A stretch of DNA of 64,000 bases, from assembly GCF_009914755.1 (NCBI RefSeq), contig NC_060928.1. The stretch is one strand, 5' to 3'. The DNA comes from the human T2T-CHM13v2.0 reference genome, Homo sapiens. The stretch's first letter is position 1; each line of letters opens with the position of its first letter. The position numbers were made by a program, and so were the translations under genes. The notes beneath the pieces were generated by a model that worked only from the letters and a program-made list of their open reading frames with translations, was not told the DNA's origin and searched no databases. Positions 37,707-55,655 of the stretch are shown here, piece by piece.

Positions 37707-37878
37707 CTGATCTATTTTTTAAGGAGGGCTTAAGGGATTGATTTTTACCATTAAATGTTCGCAGAACTGTTGCTAAACCTCGTGTAAATATTGATAATAG
37801 ATATTTATTTTTAGGTGTGTATATATGTGTTTAGTTACAAATTGTGTCTCTAAATTTGTACTGGGACCTCTTATCTAG

Positions 37879-37988
37879 TTCCTGAAGAATTTATGTATAA
37901 CCCCCTTACCCGATCTTATGGAGAGCCTCATAAACGACCAGAAGTTCAGAATTCAACTGTGGAGTTCATTGCTTCTTCAGATTACATG
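37879..37988 (+). CDS. SEC24B: SEC24B exon (110 nt): PEEFMYNPLTRSYGEPHKRPEVQNSTVEFIASSDYM
   Basis: ttatctag|TT ... ATG|gtaact; phase 1-0. Confidence 0.96.
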
Positions 37989-38548
37989 GTAACTATTCAG
38001 TGTTAAGATTTGTTATGGAACACAATTACATTGGTCATTTGTAATTTTCTGTTAAGTGAACTCTTATCGAGATTTTGAAGTTGTTTATACTCATAATTTT
38101 TAAAAACAAATTAATGCTGGAAGTTTATATTTAACAAAGAGAAAATCTTTCTAAAGGTTATTCGATCTCCTAGAAGGCTTTCTATGAATAAGAAATGTTA
38201 GTTCTGTCTTATGATGGGCACTAGCATCTATGACTTGTTGCCATTTTGATTTCCTTGCATGGAATGGATATAGATACCCTTTTACCATTTAACATTTAAG
38301 ACTCTCAAAACAGAGAAATGCACATTTTTGCCCAAAACTTAAGTTTTTTCACCAAGATACCAAGATAAGTGGATATGGACTTCTAATTTTTTCTTCTGTT
38401 GCAATTAGAAAATTCTGTCTCTTCTTTAATTATATGAACTGTAAGATCTCATTCTTCTTTTCACTTCAAAAACGAATTACTGGCCCTAAGGTTTGCTCAT
38501 CTTCGTTATCATATCTTCTCTTTTTAACATATTTATAAAAACTGTATT

Positions 38549-40208
<1,660 letters not shown>

Positions 40209-40659
40209 TCACAAGGACTTTCTTTACACATAGCACTTAAACATTAGGATTCAGTCACCTCCAGGTAAACCAATAGCTGGTACTAATGGCAAATTGTTGG
40301 GTTTAAAATTTGTTTTTAGGAAAGGGGAAGGGATGTACATCTAGAGAGCTTAGTATTAAATCATAAGCCTAATTTTTAAAAAATGAACTCTTAGCCAACA
40401 CTCCTTATCAGAAAAACATTTAACCCATCTATTTAACTGTGGCTGTGTATCAACTGCCTTATCATGCTTAGTCCACAACCAACTAAAAAGAAAAAAAATT
40501 AAAAGCATATCATTTTCATGAGCACATATTACAAAATAGCAATCCTATTTGTGTATTTTTTGTGTTAATATATTCAGTAAATATCCAGTAGCAATAGTAA
40601 TATATAAAAAGAATAAATTGTACCTACCAAATAACTTACTTTATTTTTATTCCTTTCAG

Positions 40660-40772
40660 CTGCGTCCTCCTCAACCTGCAGTTTACTTGTTTGTTTTAGA
40701 TGTGTCTCATAATGCAGTGGAAGCTGGATATTTGACAATTTTGTGCCAGTCACTCCTAGAAAATCTAGACAA
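40660..40772 (+). CDS. SEC24B: SEC24B exon (113 nt), start of trunk domain: LRPPQPAVYLFVLDVSHNAVEAG...ENLD
   Basis: cctttcag|CTG ... GACAA|gtaaga; phase 0-2. Confidence 0.97.
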
Positions 40773-41086
40773 GTAAGAATATTTTTAATTCATACTATAC
40801 ATATGTGTATGTTATATATATAAATGTGTATAAATATGAAGTGTTCGCAGTTTGTGGGATTGGGTTTGGTTGTATTTATCAACTAAAAAGAGTACTACTT
40901 ATGTACCACAGAATAAGAATGCAGATACTCGAGTTATGATTTATGACTTGGTATCTGAATTATAAAATCATAAAAATCTAGTATTTAGTCAGGAATTTAG
41001 ATCTCATCTAACTGTCTGACTCAGCCAATCTGAACACAGGGGCCAGAAATGTTGAGTTAGCCAGTATATCGGGAATCTGGATGAGA

Positions 41087-41905
41087 CTATCAAAAAGACA
41101 AAAGATAACATGTTGGTGAGGATGTGGAGAAAAGGGAAACTGCACACTTTGGGGAATGTAAATTAGTACAGCCATTATAGAAAACAGTATAAAGGTCCCT
41201 CAGAAAATTTAATACAATTGTCGTATGATCCAGCAATCCCACTACTTGGAATATATCCAAAGAAAATAAAATCAGTGTGTGGAAGATATATCTGCACTCC
41301 CATGTTTATTGTAGCATTTGTAGTTTATTCACAAGAGTCAGGATACATAATCAGACTAAGTATCCATCAACAGATGGATGGATAAAGAAACTGGTATATG
41401 TGCAAATGGAATACTATCCAGCCTTTAAAAAGAAAATTTTTTCTCATTTGTGATACCATGGATAAACCTGGAGGTCATTACGTTAAGTGAAATCAGAACA
41501 GATATTGCGTGTTCTCATTCATTGTGGGAGCTAAAAAGGTAAATCTCATAAAAGTAGAGAGTACAGTGGTTGTTACCAGGGGTGGGGTGGGAGGTTTTGA
41601 GAGATCCTAGCCAAAGTGTAAAAGATAGGAGGAATAAGTTCAAGAGATCTGTTGTACAACGTGATGACTATAGTTAATAGCAATATATTGTATTCTTGGA
41701 GAAATGCTAAGAGATGAGAATTGTTGTGTTCTCACTACAAAAATTTTAACTTTGTGAGGCAATGCATATATTCATTAGCTAGATTTAGCCATTCCACAGT
41801 GTAGATATATATATTTCAAAACAACATGTTTTACATGACAGATACATACAATCTTATCTGTCAGTTTAAATAAAATTTAAAAAGATAAAAGGATTTTTTT
41901 AAAAA
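41087..41905 (+). mobile_element. 5'-truncated L1 (L1MA-like) 3' end with 14-bp TSD
   Basis: tgttggtgaggatgtggagaaaagggaa, tatgatccagcaatcccact; TSD GAATCTGGATGAGA at 41073-41086 and 41906-41919. Confidence 0.88.
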
Positions 41906-41965
41906 GAATCTGGATGAGAGAAATCTGGCTGTAATTTATGCCTGAGCAAGGAATTTTTTCCATAA

Positions 41966-42271
<306 letters not shown>

Positions 42272-42864
42272 TGAGCATTTTGTCACATTAGTAATGAGCT
42301 GGATTGTGGAAATGGAAATAGCAAGTATAGGATACGTGGCTTATACCTGGCTCTAATTCCCTCCTCTGTGTCTACCAAGATTAGTCATGAAGGAGCCCCT
42401 CATCTAGCTTTAAAAATGAACCATCCAAATCTCTGGAAAGTACAGTTGTTTGCACATTTCCGTTTCACTCCAACACCCACAAGAGATGTGGCTTCAGGTT
42501 GTTAGTGAGAGTGGTTCACTACTGCAGTGGTTCTCAACATCTGTCGAGGTGTGGGGCTTGTTATATATGAATACTTTGTCCCAAGTACTTTGGTGATTCC
42601 AAAAGGTTCTCCTCTATCTTTCATTTGAGCTTGAAGAGTCCTTGCCCTGTTGAATGCTACTTCTAGTCACCATAGTCTTCATATCACTGATCTTGGCCTG
42701 AAAGGAAACTGATAACATTAAGATGTTCAAGATTTTAAAAATTGAGAGATATTGAGAGATTTGCTTTTGGTGTTTGTTACTAAGAGTTTTCATGTTTTAA
42801 TCCTTGAAGTATTTGCCCCTACTTTAGTCACAAGTGCTTACTTCAAAAATAGCTTTAACAGTGA

Positions 42865-43257
<393 letters not shown>

Positions 43258-43270
43258 TAATCCCCCAAGA

Positions 43271-43380
43271 GGGTACACCATTCTTGGAGGTACTAAAATA
43301 CCAGGTTGATGCATGGAGTGGATGGAGCAAGCTCCTATTCCGTCACTGTGCTCCAGAAATCCATTTACTCTATTAGCCTT
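43271..43380 (-). pseudogene. U2 snRNA pseudogene fragment (3' half)
   Basis: gggtacaccattcttggaggtactaaaataccaggttgatgcatggagtggatggagcaagctcctattcc...aaatccattt is the reverse complement of the U2 3' half (AAAUGGAUUUUUGGAGC...GGAACGGUGCACCC) with CpG decay. Confidence 0.88.
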
Positions 43381-44497
43381 GTATGGAAAAGTATGATATA
43401 GGAGCCACACTGAGAGAGATGATTGACAACTTGTAAATTAAATAGACTGTGCAAAACCAAAAGTGTAAAACTGGGAATGGAAAATGTTTTAAAAATATTT
43501 CTATTTGATTACAGCAGAAAACAAGCATTGAGAAAGTAAAAGAAAAAGAAAGTGACAGAATAGCAACAAATGTATAATATGTTTTTGGAAAGGGCTCTGG
43601 AAACTTCTTTGAGAAAGAAGAGTTTGATGCTGGAGCAGTTTCAGCTCAACTTTGTGTATTTTTAGCTTGGAGTAGGTCAGTAGTCTCCTCTAGCCAGTAA
43701 CAAATGACCCCACTCCTCAGTGATCTTAGAAGTCTCACAGGAGTGAAGATTAGTCTGTGGAAACATCATAAATATTCACCATACTGGTAAGCTGAACATC
43801 CACATAACTTGTAGCTTTCTGTTCTCTGAAATGCTCTTGACCCACCTTGCAGACTATATCTTAATACCCTGATCAGTCATCCATAGCAGTGATAATGCTT
43901 CTTGCTTCGATGCATATTCTATTTTGGCATCCTGTAGTATCCAAAGATATTTTAAAGGCATTGCTAAAACAATAAATTACATAACTGAAGTTAACATAGT
44001 TGGTAGTACTTAGTAATATGCTTCTGTGAGATGAGGCATCTATCTTATTAATAAAGAAAGCTTGACAGGCAGTGAAATGGTAATTTTTTCTTTGTATTGT
44101 AGCATCGACTTTTGAAAACAGCTCTAACAGCATTTTAAAAGATTAATGATAGATAAAATGTTTCAGTGTTCATAAATGTGGTTTTTGTGTAAAATTTTAC
44201 ACATTAAAATCTGATTTGCAGTATATTCAATCTTTTCTTGGAAAGTACTTATTTGTCATTCTGCCCTTAAAATGCTTAAGCAAGATATACTATTGTTCTA
44301 ATATTGGAACTGGAAGTAAGTTTTCACCTTGGTCTTCTTCTCTGATATATATTTGTTTAGATAGGGATAATTTTTCTGTCCCCTGTAGAAAAGCATATGT
44401 GTAATTATCCTTGGACTTAAATTACTATTTCATTATTTTCTGAAATGAAATATGTTACTGAGCACTCTGAATTTAAAATTGTCATTTTTATCTTTAG

Positions 44498-44616
44498 GCT
44501 TCCTGGAGATTCACGAACAAGAATAGGATTCATGACCTTTGATAGCACTATTCATTTCTACAATTTACAAGAAGGATTATCACAGCCTCAAATGTTGATT
44601 GTGTCTGATATAGATG
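44498..44616 (+). CDS. SEC24B: SEC24B exon (119 nt): LPGDSRTRIGFMTFDSTIHFYNL...VSDID
   Basis: tctttag|G ... GATG|gtaagc; phase 2-1. Confidence 0.97.
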
Positions 44617-44934
44617 GTAAGCAGTCAGTAAAATAAAAGCCTTTCTAACTACGGACTTTGAAATGGGGGCTACTTTATTTTAATATACACCTTGCTATAT
44701 GCTGTGAGGATAATGTCATGCACTTTAGTATTTGTTCAAAATAATTGTTTTTCTGGAAATACTTGATTCTAAGTTATGCCTATGTATTACACACATGTAT
44801 GTATAATATATACAGAGTGTGTATATTTAATAAAGCAATATTAGCTGGGCGCAGTGGCTGAAGCCTGTAATACCAGCACTTTGGGAGGCTGAGGTGGGTG
44901 GATCACCTGAGGTCAGGAGTTCGAGACCAGCCTA

Positions 44935-45150
<216 letters not shown>

Positions 45151-45248
45151 TTATAGTACACATTACATGTATGACCTGATAAAAACTAAGATTTTCTAAT
45201 GTATTCTTTTGTTCGATTTGTTGATTAAAATATGTGTTTTCCCTATAG

Positions 45249-45304
45249 ATGTTTTTCTACCTACACCGGATAGTTTACTTGTGAATCTATATGAAAGTAA
45301 AGAG
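45249..45304 (+). CDS. SEC24B: SEC24B exon (56 nt): VFLPTPDSLLVNLYESKE
   Basis: ccctatag|AT ... GAG|gtaaga; phase 1-0. Confidence 0.95.
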
Positions 45305-45551
45305 GTAAGATTGATTTATTTTCTTAAAGCATAAAAATATTTATATTGTGACTGGTAACTAAAATATTTAACATTTGTTTACTTGATATATTAGTATTAC
45401 AAATAATAGACAATATAAATGGCATATCTATTGACTCCTCAGTTTCCAGTCCCCAGAAATACAGTGACACATGATACACTATGGAATGTTTTAAAATAAG
45501 ATTATTCCTTTGCCTTCTCAGTAATTCAATTTTTGATCTTTGTTTTCTCAG

Positions 45552-45758
45552 CTTATAAAAGACTTACTGAATGCATTACCAAACATGTTCACCAATACAA
45601 GAGAAACACACAGTGCCCTTGGTCCTGCACTTCAGGCTGCCTTTAAATTAATGTCTCCAACAGGTGGCCGTGTGTCTGTATTTCAGACACAGTTACCTTC
45701 CTTGGGTGCAGGACTTCTGCAATCCAGAGAAGATCCTAATCAGAGATCAAGTACAAAG
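45552..45758 (+). CDS. SEC24B: SEC24B exon (207 nt): LIKDLLNALP...DPNQRSSTK
   Basis: tttctcag|CTT ... AAG|gtattt; phase 0-0. Confidence 0.97.
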
Positions 45759-45831
45759 GTATTTTATGTTTAGTTTTTTGTCATATTCAAGATTGTGTAA
45801 TTATTTGTTTATTCTATTTCATTAATAATAA

Positions 45832-45987
<156 letters not shown>

Positions 45988-48949
45988 TGAGTAGCTGGGA
46001 TTACAGGCGTGCACCACCACACCCGGCTAATTTTTGTATTTTTAGTAGAGACGGGGGTTTCACCATGTTGGTCAGGCTGGTCTCGAACTCCTGGCCTGGT
46101 GATCCGCCTGCCTCAGCCTCCCAAAGTGCTGGGATTACAGGCATGAGCTACTGCGCCCGGCTGCCTGAGAGTTTTTTGTTTTGTTTTTGTTTTTTTTTTT
46201 TGAGACGGAGTCTTGCTCTGTCGCCCAGGCTGGAGTGCAGTGGCGCGCTCTCAGCTCACTGCAAGCTCTGCCTTCGGGTTCACGCCATTCTCCTGCCTCA
46301 GCCTCCCTAGTAGCTGGGACTACAGGCGCCTGCCACCACACCTGGCTAATTTTTTTGTGTTTTTAGTAGAGACAGGGTTTCACAGTGTTAACCAGGATGG
46401 TCTCAATCTGCTGACCTCGTGATCCGCCCACTTCAGCCTCCCAAAGTGCTGGGATTACAGGCGTGAGCCACCGTGCCCGGCGAGAGTTTTTAACTCAAAT
46501 TATCTTTTTGGTTTTGTGTCACAGTATGTTCTTTTTATACTTTGTAAGTCATAGAAATTTAGAAATCATTTAGTCTAACTTTTTCATTTTATAGATGAGG
46601 AAGTAGAGTGTCTAGTTAAAGGTTAAATAACTATTTAATGGTAAAAGTGCAACTTGATTTTCTGACTCCAGTGTTCTTTTCTATTACGTAAGTGGTAAAA
46701 CTTACTAAATGTAACTATTGTAATTCAACATGCTCATACTAATAAACTTTTTAATTATGAAGATAACACAGATCATTGTATAACACTTGGAAAGTGGAGA
46801 AAAGCATAAATCACCAATAATCTAACGATACTAGCATTTAGTTATACAAACATACAAATAAGCATAATTGGACATCATACGTGTGTGTGTGTATATATAT
46901 GTGTGTGTGTTTGACCTTTTTCATTGGAGAATATATTGTGCGCATTCTCTGAAGTCACAGAGAAAGTAAATGTGAAAGTAATCAATTGATTGCTTTTCAG
47001 CTATTAAATAGTTGTCTTCAGTATTTTTTTCTTTTGTTTTTTAAAAGTAGAGACAACATCTTGCTGTGTTGCCCAGGCTGGCCTCAAACTGCCGAGATCA
47101 AGCAATACCCCTACCTCAGCCCTGCAAAGTGCTGGGATTGCAGATGTGAGCCAGACCTGTATTTGCACTATTTTTTTTTTAAAAAAGGGCTGGGTGTGGT
47201 AGCACCTGCCTGTTACCTTAGCTACTCAAGAGGCTGAGGCTAGAGGATCATTTGAGCTTAGGAGTTCTAAACCAGCTTGGGCAATGTAACGAGACCCTAT
47301 CTTAAAAAATAACAATAATGGCCGGGTGCAGTGGCTCACACCTATAATCCCGGCACTTTGGGAGGCAAAGGTGGGTGGATCACTTGAGTTCAGGAGTTTG
47401 AGACCAGTCTGGCCAACATTGCAAAACCCCATCTCTCCTAAAAATACAAAAATTAGCTGGGTGCGGTGATGCAAGCCTGTAATCCCAGCTACTCAGATGG
47501 CTGAGGCAGGAGAATCACTTGAACCAGGGAGGCAGAGTTTGCAGCGAGCTGTGATCACTGCCACTGCACTCCAGCCTGGGCAACAGAGCGAGACCCGGTC
47601 TCAAAAAAAAAGAAAAACAATAATAATAATAACAATGAAAGGAATATACGAAGCTGAACATTACTTGGGTTTTATGTGAAGATTTGGTCAGGCATTTTTA
47701 AGCCCTATTTCAAATAATAAATGAACAAAAATATTCATTTTTCTTTTGTACAAGTTCTGTCTGGCCTTAACATATTTGAGAAAATATCATTATAAGTAGT
47801 TATGAGTATGAATTAAACAGTTTTAATAGTGTCATAAATCTTTAGCCACATATCCAGATTTGCCTTAGGATAAATTCCTAGAAGTGAAATTATTGGGTTA
47901 AAGGGCATAATCTTTAAGTTATTAAATAAAGAATGTTTTGTTTATTTGGGTTTTTTAATCAACTTCTCTTCTTAAGGACTCTCATCCTGTAACCACCATT
48001 AAGTAGCATTGCTTTTTTTATTCTTCACCAATATGCTAGAGAAAAAAAGGCACCATATTTCACCCTTTATAGAAATTGTATTTTAAAATTGCATTTGAGA
48101 AGGAAGCTAATTTTAAAATAAGTATGTATTTTAAACTCATCAACAAGTGTAGCTGGCATTTAGTTCGTTGACCCATTACAATCCATTATAAATTACTGTG
48201 GTGTTTTGAACACAGGAAGCTGATATATATTTACTGAATCCTTTGATAGAGCTTTGTTTTGATTTGTTTTGTTTTCTCATTTAACTTTCAAAAATATTCT
48301 CTATCTGTCTGCCTAGGACTCTAAAGTTTCAGTATCTGTTCTGGTTTACATATTCCTTCATATCCTTAATTCCTTATATTAGAGTAAGCTCTAATATAAT
48401 CATCATACAGTGTAATTAAGAGGATTGAAACTTTTTTTTAGGAAATGTTGTATGATGATTAAGAACTTGGAGACTCTCTCCAGTGTCACCTTCTCAGCTC
48501 AAGTCTTCTCATACCAAAAGAAACACCTTCCTTAATCTTTTACTCTCTTAAGTTATTTAACAATATTTAATAATGGTTAACAGCACTCATTCTGCAGCCA
48601 GATTTCTTGGGTTGATATTCCAATATCCACTTCTCAATATCTATGTAATCTTGGTCAAGTTACTTAATCAGTTATTGCCTCAGTTTCTTCGTCTGAAAAT
48701 GTAGATGATAAAAACCATATGAGATGTGTTATGAAAATTAATTTGTGTGAAACAGTGCTGGCACATAAGTGTTTTTTATAAAGATTATCTATCATTATTA
48801 TTATCATAGGGAATCTGCACCAAATGCCTAGACATTTAGAAAACTCTTAGTTTGGTAGGGAGGCAGAGGATATCCTTTTTGTTATAAAAATGACATGAAA
48901 ATATGAGCATAAAGATTGCTAGCTCTTACTATATGATCTGTTGACTTAG

Positions 48950-49073
48950 GTGGTACAACATCTTGGCCCTGCAACTGATTTTTATAAGAAACTTGCATTA
49001 GATTGCTCGGGACAGCAAACTGCAGTGGATTTGTTCCTTTTAAGTTCACAGTATTCTGATCTTGCTTCTCTAG
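48950..49073 (+). CDS. SEC24B: SEC24B exon (124 nt): VVQHLGPATDFYKKLALDCSGQQTAVDLFLLSSQYSDLASL
   Basis: gacttag|GTG ... CTAG|gtaagg; phase 0-1. Confidence 0.95.
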
Positions 49074-49477
49074 GTAAGGAAAGTCATCATGGGTACATTT
49101 GTTTAAATGAACATTTTTAATGCATAATTAAATCTAAACTCTTCAGTAAGCATTCTCTATATTTTAGGGAGAAAAGCATGTGCATTAGATAGACAATATC
49201 TATGAAAACTACCAGTAAAGTTTAAAGCACTATACAAATATAAAATGTCACTTGTATTTTGTTTAGATAGCATGATTCCCTTACCATTCTGCTCAACAGT
49301 AAACTTTATCATATATTTTATAGATATTACTGTTTTCTCAGATTTGTATGTTCTTATTTTGATGGCTTAGGTTTTCTCATGACTTAGATTTCTTCATAAT
49401 GTAGAATCTGTACTACTGTTGGACAAGTAAAATATTATTATTTCTATAGCTAATACTTTTTGTATTTCTCTCTAAAG

Positions 49478-49636
49478 CTTGCATGTCCAAGTATTCTGCA
49501 GGGTGCATCTATTATTATCCATCATTCCACTATACTCACAATCCTTCACAAGCAGAAAAGTTACAAAAAGACCTAAAACGGTATCTCACAAGAAAAATTG
49601 GGTTTGAAGCTGTTATGAGAATAAGGTGTACTAAAG
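49478..49636 (+). CDS. SEC24B: SEC24B exon (159 nt): CMSKYSAGCIYYYPSF...IGFEAVMRIRCTK
   Basis: ctctctaaag|CT (AAG acceptor) ... AAAG|gtatga; phase 1-1. Confidence 0.95.
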
Positions 49637-50357
49637 GTATGAAGTTGTAAAAGTTATATTTTATATTAAATACTTGTATCAAAGTCAGTGAGCATTCCAT
49701 GTATTGACTACCTCTGACTGTTCATGATGGAAGACTGTTTGATCTCATTAGCTATACCATGTTTTAAATAGATAATAGTTATTGAATAATCCTTGCCCAA
49801 TTTTTAAAAATAACTTGAATAAGTAGACAAAAGTAATGTTTGATTTACTCAGAAGAACCTAAGAGAAAGCCTATATTAGAAATGATTTTAGAAGGAGAAT
49901 TAGAGGAATAGGGAAGATCTTAAATAAGAATTGTCAAAGTAAGGGTCTTTGCCTTCATAATCATTTAATGTACACTTCCTTGGTTTTATGTGAATATTTG
50001 TTTTAATCCTTTATTTTACCTTTATTTTAAATCTAGGATGAGTTATATAATAACCCTCATTTGCTTAATTTTGTAAATTAAATGTTTAGTCAGATTATGT
50101 CTGACTTCAAGTCACATGTGAGAAAATGTAAATAAGGTCAGGTGTCAATACAAGTGAAATGTATAGTCTCCCTTTTATATAACGTCCACTAGTTTTTTTG
50201 AATTAATATTTTAGAAACTCTGCCTATGCTTGAACCTTGACTCCCCAGTTATCCTTTTGATTCAAAATCATAAACATCTTTGACTTAAAAAAGTAACTTT
50301 AGCTTGAGGTGAAGATACTATTGTTAACTTGATTTTTTATGATTTTCTCCTTTTTAG

Positions 50358-50531
50358 GTCTTTCAATGCACACTTTTCACGGTAACTTCTTTGTCCGTTC
50401 TACTGATTTGTTATCCCTTGCCAACATCAATCCTGATGCTGGATTTGCGGTGCAGTTGTCAATTGAAGAAAGTTTAACAGATACTTCCTTAGTATGTTTT
50501 CAAACAGCCCTATTATATACATCAAGCAAAG
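50358..50531 (+). CDS. SEC24B: SEC24B exon (174 nt), beta-sandwich: LSMHTFHGNFFVRSTDLL...ALLYTSSK
   Basis: tttttag|GT ... AAAG|gtaatg; phase 1-1. Confidence 0.97.
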
Positions 50532-50980
50532 GTAATGTTAACAGAAATGAAATATAGTCTGCAGCAGTAATTCCTCCCTCCTTTCACATGGCCTTTAGTG
50601 GAGTGGGGAAAAAGAATGAATACACAGTGGGAAGTAATGGAATTTGTATTAGTTAATCAAACATATGTTGTTATTTTCTTTCTTTTTTTAACTCTCACTT
50701 TTGCATCTTTAAATAGCACACTTTTTTAATTTATGGAAGACTTGTATTCTTAGAATCTTGTTTCAAAACAGTTCATGCTAAATCCAGCTATGCCATTCTT
50801 TGTATTATTTCTTGCCCCAAAAAGTAAAAAACTGCTTAGCAATTAAGGCCTTCATTTGTTACTTGACAGTTAAGTTTTCTGGTATTTTACTCTATAGGAT
50901 ATAATTTAGAATGAGTGATATAGCGTATGTTCATACTCTGCAGATTTGGAGAGTGTTTAATTTTCTTTTAAAAATGTTCA

Positions 50981-51607
<627 letters not shown>

Positions 51608-52200
51608 TTAAAAACTGAAGCTTGGCTGGTGGCAGTGCGTCCGCCTGTAATCCCAGCATTTTGGGAGGCTGAGGCGGACGGACCACGAGGTCAGGAGTTT
51701 GAGACCAGGCTGGCCAACATGGTGAAACCCCATCTCTACTAAAAATACGAAAAAATAGCCGAGCGTGGTGGCAGGCGCCTGTAATCGCAGCTTCTCAGGA
51801 GACTGAGACAGGAGAATTGCTTGAACCTGAGAGGCGGACGTTGCAGTGAGCCGAGACCGCATCACTCCAATCACTCCACTCCAGCTTGGGCAACAGAGTG
51901 AGACTCTGTCTCAAAAAAAAAAAGAAAGAAAGAAACTGAAGCTAGGATTTTCTCTTATTTAAAAAGCATATGTTTTACATTTTTATTTACTGCATTGTGA
52001 ATCAGACTGTCCTCACATTTCTTCCTTAATCTTACTTTCAAAATCTTTGAGGGAATTCATAATCTCTAAAAATGTGGTAAAAACTGAAATGTCCTTCAAA
52101 TAATATATGCACAATCCATGGTACACTCATACAATAGAATATAATGCAGCAATAAAAAGGAATGAACTGTCAATACTTAAACAAACATGGATGCCTCTCA

Positions 52201-52560
<360 letters not shown>

Positions 52561-53108
52561 TCAAAAAAAAAAAAAAAAAGCTACATACAAATGATTCTAT
52601 ATAAATGACATTCAGGGAAAGGGAAAATTATCAAATGGTGACTAATTGGGATTGAGACTGAGGGAGGGTTTTACTGCAAAGGGGCAAGTATAGGGGGATA
52701 ATTTTGTAGTGATGGAACTATTGTGTATCCTGATTGTGGTAGAGATTACATGGCTATGCATTTGACACATAACCACTATAGAACTGTACTTAAACTAATT
52801 ATATGTAAGTCTAAAAAAATCCTTTTGAGAATTAACATAGCACTTAAATGTTTTCAATGAATTTGCCTTGTAGATGAACTTAGACATGAAACAAGCCTTG
52901 CTATTTCCCATGTAGTCCTAGAGAAAGAGAGTTATTAATACTAATTTGGGAAAAATTATAATAGCATTTACCGAAGGATCCAAATTTTTTTAAATAACAG
53001 AAGCATTTAATCAGTCCTGGTGTGGTGGCCCATGCCTGTAATCCCAGTACTTGGGAGGCTGAAGCAAGTGGATCACTTAACTTCAGGAGTTCAAGACGAG
53101 ACTGGTCA

Positions 53109-53335
<227 letters not shown>

Positions 53336-54420
53336 TTAAATATTTAACTAAAATCAAAAGCTTGTATATCAGATTTATTTCTTAATTTTAACTTTTGTTT
53401 TTGATTCAGGGAGTACATATGCACGTTCGTTATGATGGAATCAGTTGTACCCCAAACCTCAGGATTCAGATTTTTTAAGTATAATTTTATATATAGATTT
53501 TGAATTAATTATGCCATAACCAATTGTTTTTTAATATAATTCTATTTTTAGTGCTTGGGCATATATATTATAGGTTATCCCTATTTTAATAGAATATATT
53601 ATTGTAGAAAAATAAGTTTCACGTTACCTGTGTCTTAATGGCTGCATGAAAACTTGTGTTTATTTTTCCCTTTCAAAAAATTTGTTGGCTTGGAATGCTT
53701 TACAAAAATTGTAGAGGATCACAAGGTATAATTCAGATTGCAGAAATTACATTGGTTGAGCAGAAAAAAATGATACATGTGACTTGGTGTTTGAGTAATG
53801 GAAACCTTCCCAAGGCTTTTTCAGAAGTAAATGGAAAAATATGCATTTCACTAATATCAATAGGGGCTACATGTTTTGGGGTTTGTTTGTAGACAGGGTC
53901 TTGCTCTGTCGCCCATGCCAGAGTGCACAATCACAGGTTACTGCAGCTTCGACCTCCCAGGCTCAAGCAGTCCTCCTACTTCAGCCTCCCAAATAGCTGG
54001 GACTACAGGCACGTGCCACCATGCCCAGCTAATTTTTTTATTTTTTGTAGAGACAAGGTCTCACTATGTTGCCTAATCTGGTCATGAACTCCTGGGCTCA
54101 AGTGATCCTCCCACCTTGGCCTCCCAAAGTGCTGGGATTACAGGCATGAGCCACCATGTCCAGCCTGGCTAAATGTTTTTAGACTTAAGAGATTAAAACA
54201 AAAATGTCCAAAAGAATCTAGACTTGTTCTGATTGTCAGATTTATTTCAGAAAAAAATGTATAAGAAGACATTTGAAATGAGGGAGCTGATGAAATGCAT
54301 TTTTCCATCCTAAAAACTTAGCTGAATTTTGTTTCTTAAATAATGCGTATAAATTTTCTCTCTTATAGTGCCCATTGGATTCTAATGGTTAAAATACCTT
54401 TCACTTTGGTTGCTTTTTAG

Positions 54421-54596
54421 CTGTGGATCGGTCCGTTTCATCAAGTCTGTCAGATGCAAGAGATGCCTTAGTGAATGCTGTAGTGGACTCATTGTCTGCA
54501 TATGGCTCAACTGTCTCAAATTTACAGCACTCTGCATTGATGGCGCCCAGCTCCCTCAAGTTGTTTCCTCTCTATGTTTTGGCCCTTCTCAAACAG
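54421..54596 (+). CDS. SEC24B: SEC24B exon (176 nt), helical domain: VDRSVSSSLSDARDAL...LYVLALLKQ
   Basis: ctttttag|CT ... CAG|gtagct; phase 1-0. Confidence 0.97.
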
Positions 54597-54747
54597 GTAG
54601 CTTTTTATACATTGCTATATTTAATATTGTTTTTTAAAATTCTCAGATATGTACATGAAGAAAGGAAATCTAGGTTGTTTTCTAATACTTAACTAGAGGA
54701 TTATTCACTTTAGCATTGAAAGAGTTTTGAAGAATAGAAAAAGATCA

Positions 54748-55122
<375 letters not shown>

Positions 55123-55517
55123 TTAATGTGTGTGAGCAGTTTGCATAATGGTGCAGTCATAGCTCACTCTTAATATGTCCTCTGGAAAGAGACTCTTTAA
55201 GGACAGGAACTAATATTAAGCATCTTTCCATGTCTCTGGCACCATAAAAGGTGTCAATGCATCATTTTATTTAATCCTTTCAACAACCTAAAGAGGTATT
55301 ATTTTCCCTATTTTTCTCATGATGACAGTATAGCTCAGAGGAGCTAGGTAACTTGCTCCAGCATCACATACCTATTAAATGTCAGAGCTGAGAATTGAAT
55401 CTAGGTCTGTCTGATTTAAAGGCCATGCTTTTTCCATGATTGACAGTGTATATTTGTTTTAATATTTGTCCACCATATTTGTATTTTACTTGAAAACGTT
55501 TATCTTTTTCCTTGTAG

Positions 55518-55655
55518 AAAGCATTTAGAACGGGTACAAGCACACGGCTGGATGATCGTGTATATGCCATGTGTCAGATAAAGTCTCAGCCACTTGTTCA
55601 TCTAATGAAAATGATTCATCCCAACTTATACAGGATAGACAGATTGACAGATGAG
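55518..55655 (+). CDS. SEC24B: SEC24B exon (138 nt): KAFRTGTSTRLDDRVYAMCQ...IDRLTDE
   Basis: ccttgtag|AAA ... GAG|gtatgt; phase 0-0. Confidence 0.96.

Noticed and set aside
49441-49477. Competing upstream TAG acceptor at 49449 ahead of the AAG acceptor
   Set aside because: It sits at or before the probable branch point (ctaat) and would shift the frame by 28 nt; only the AAG site restores the Sec24 frame
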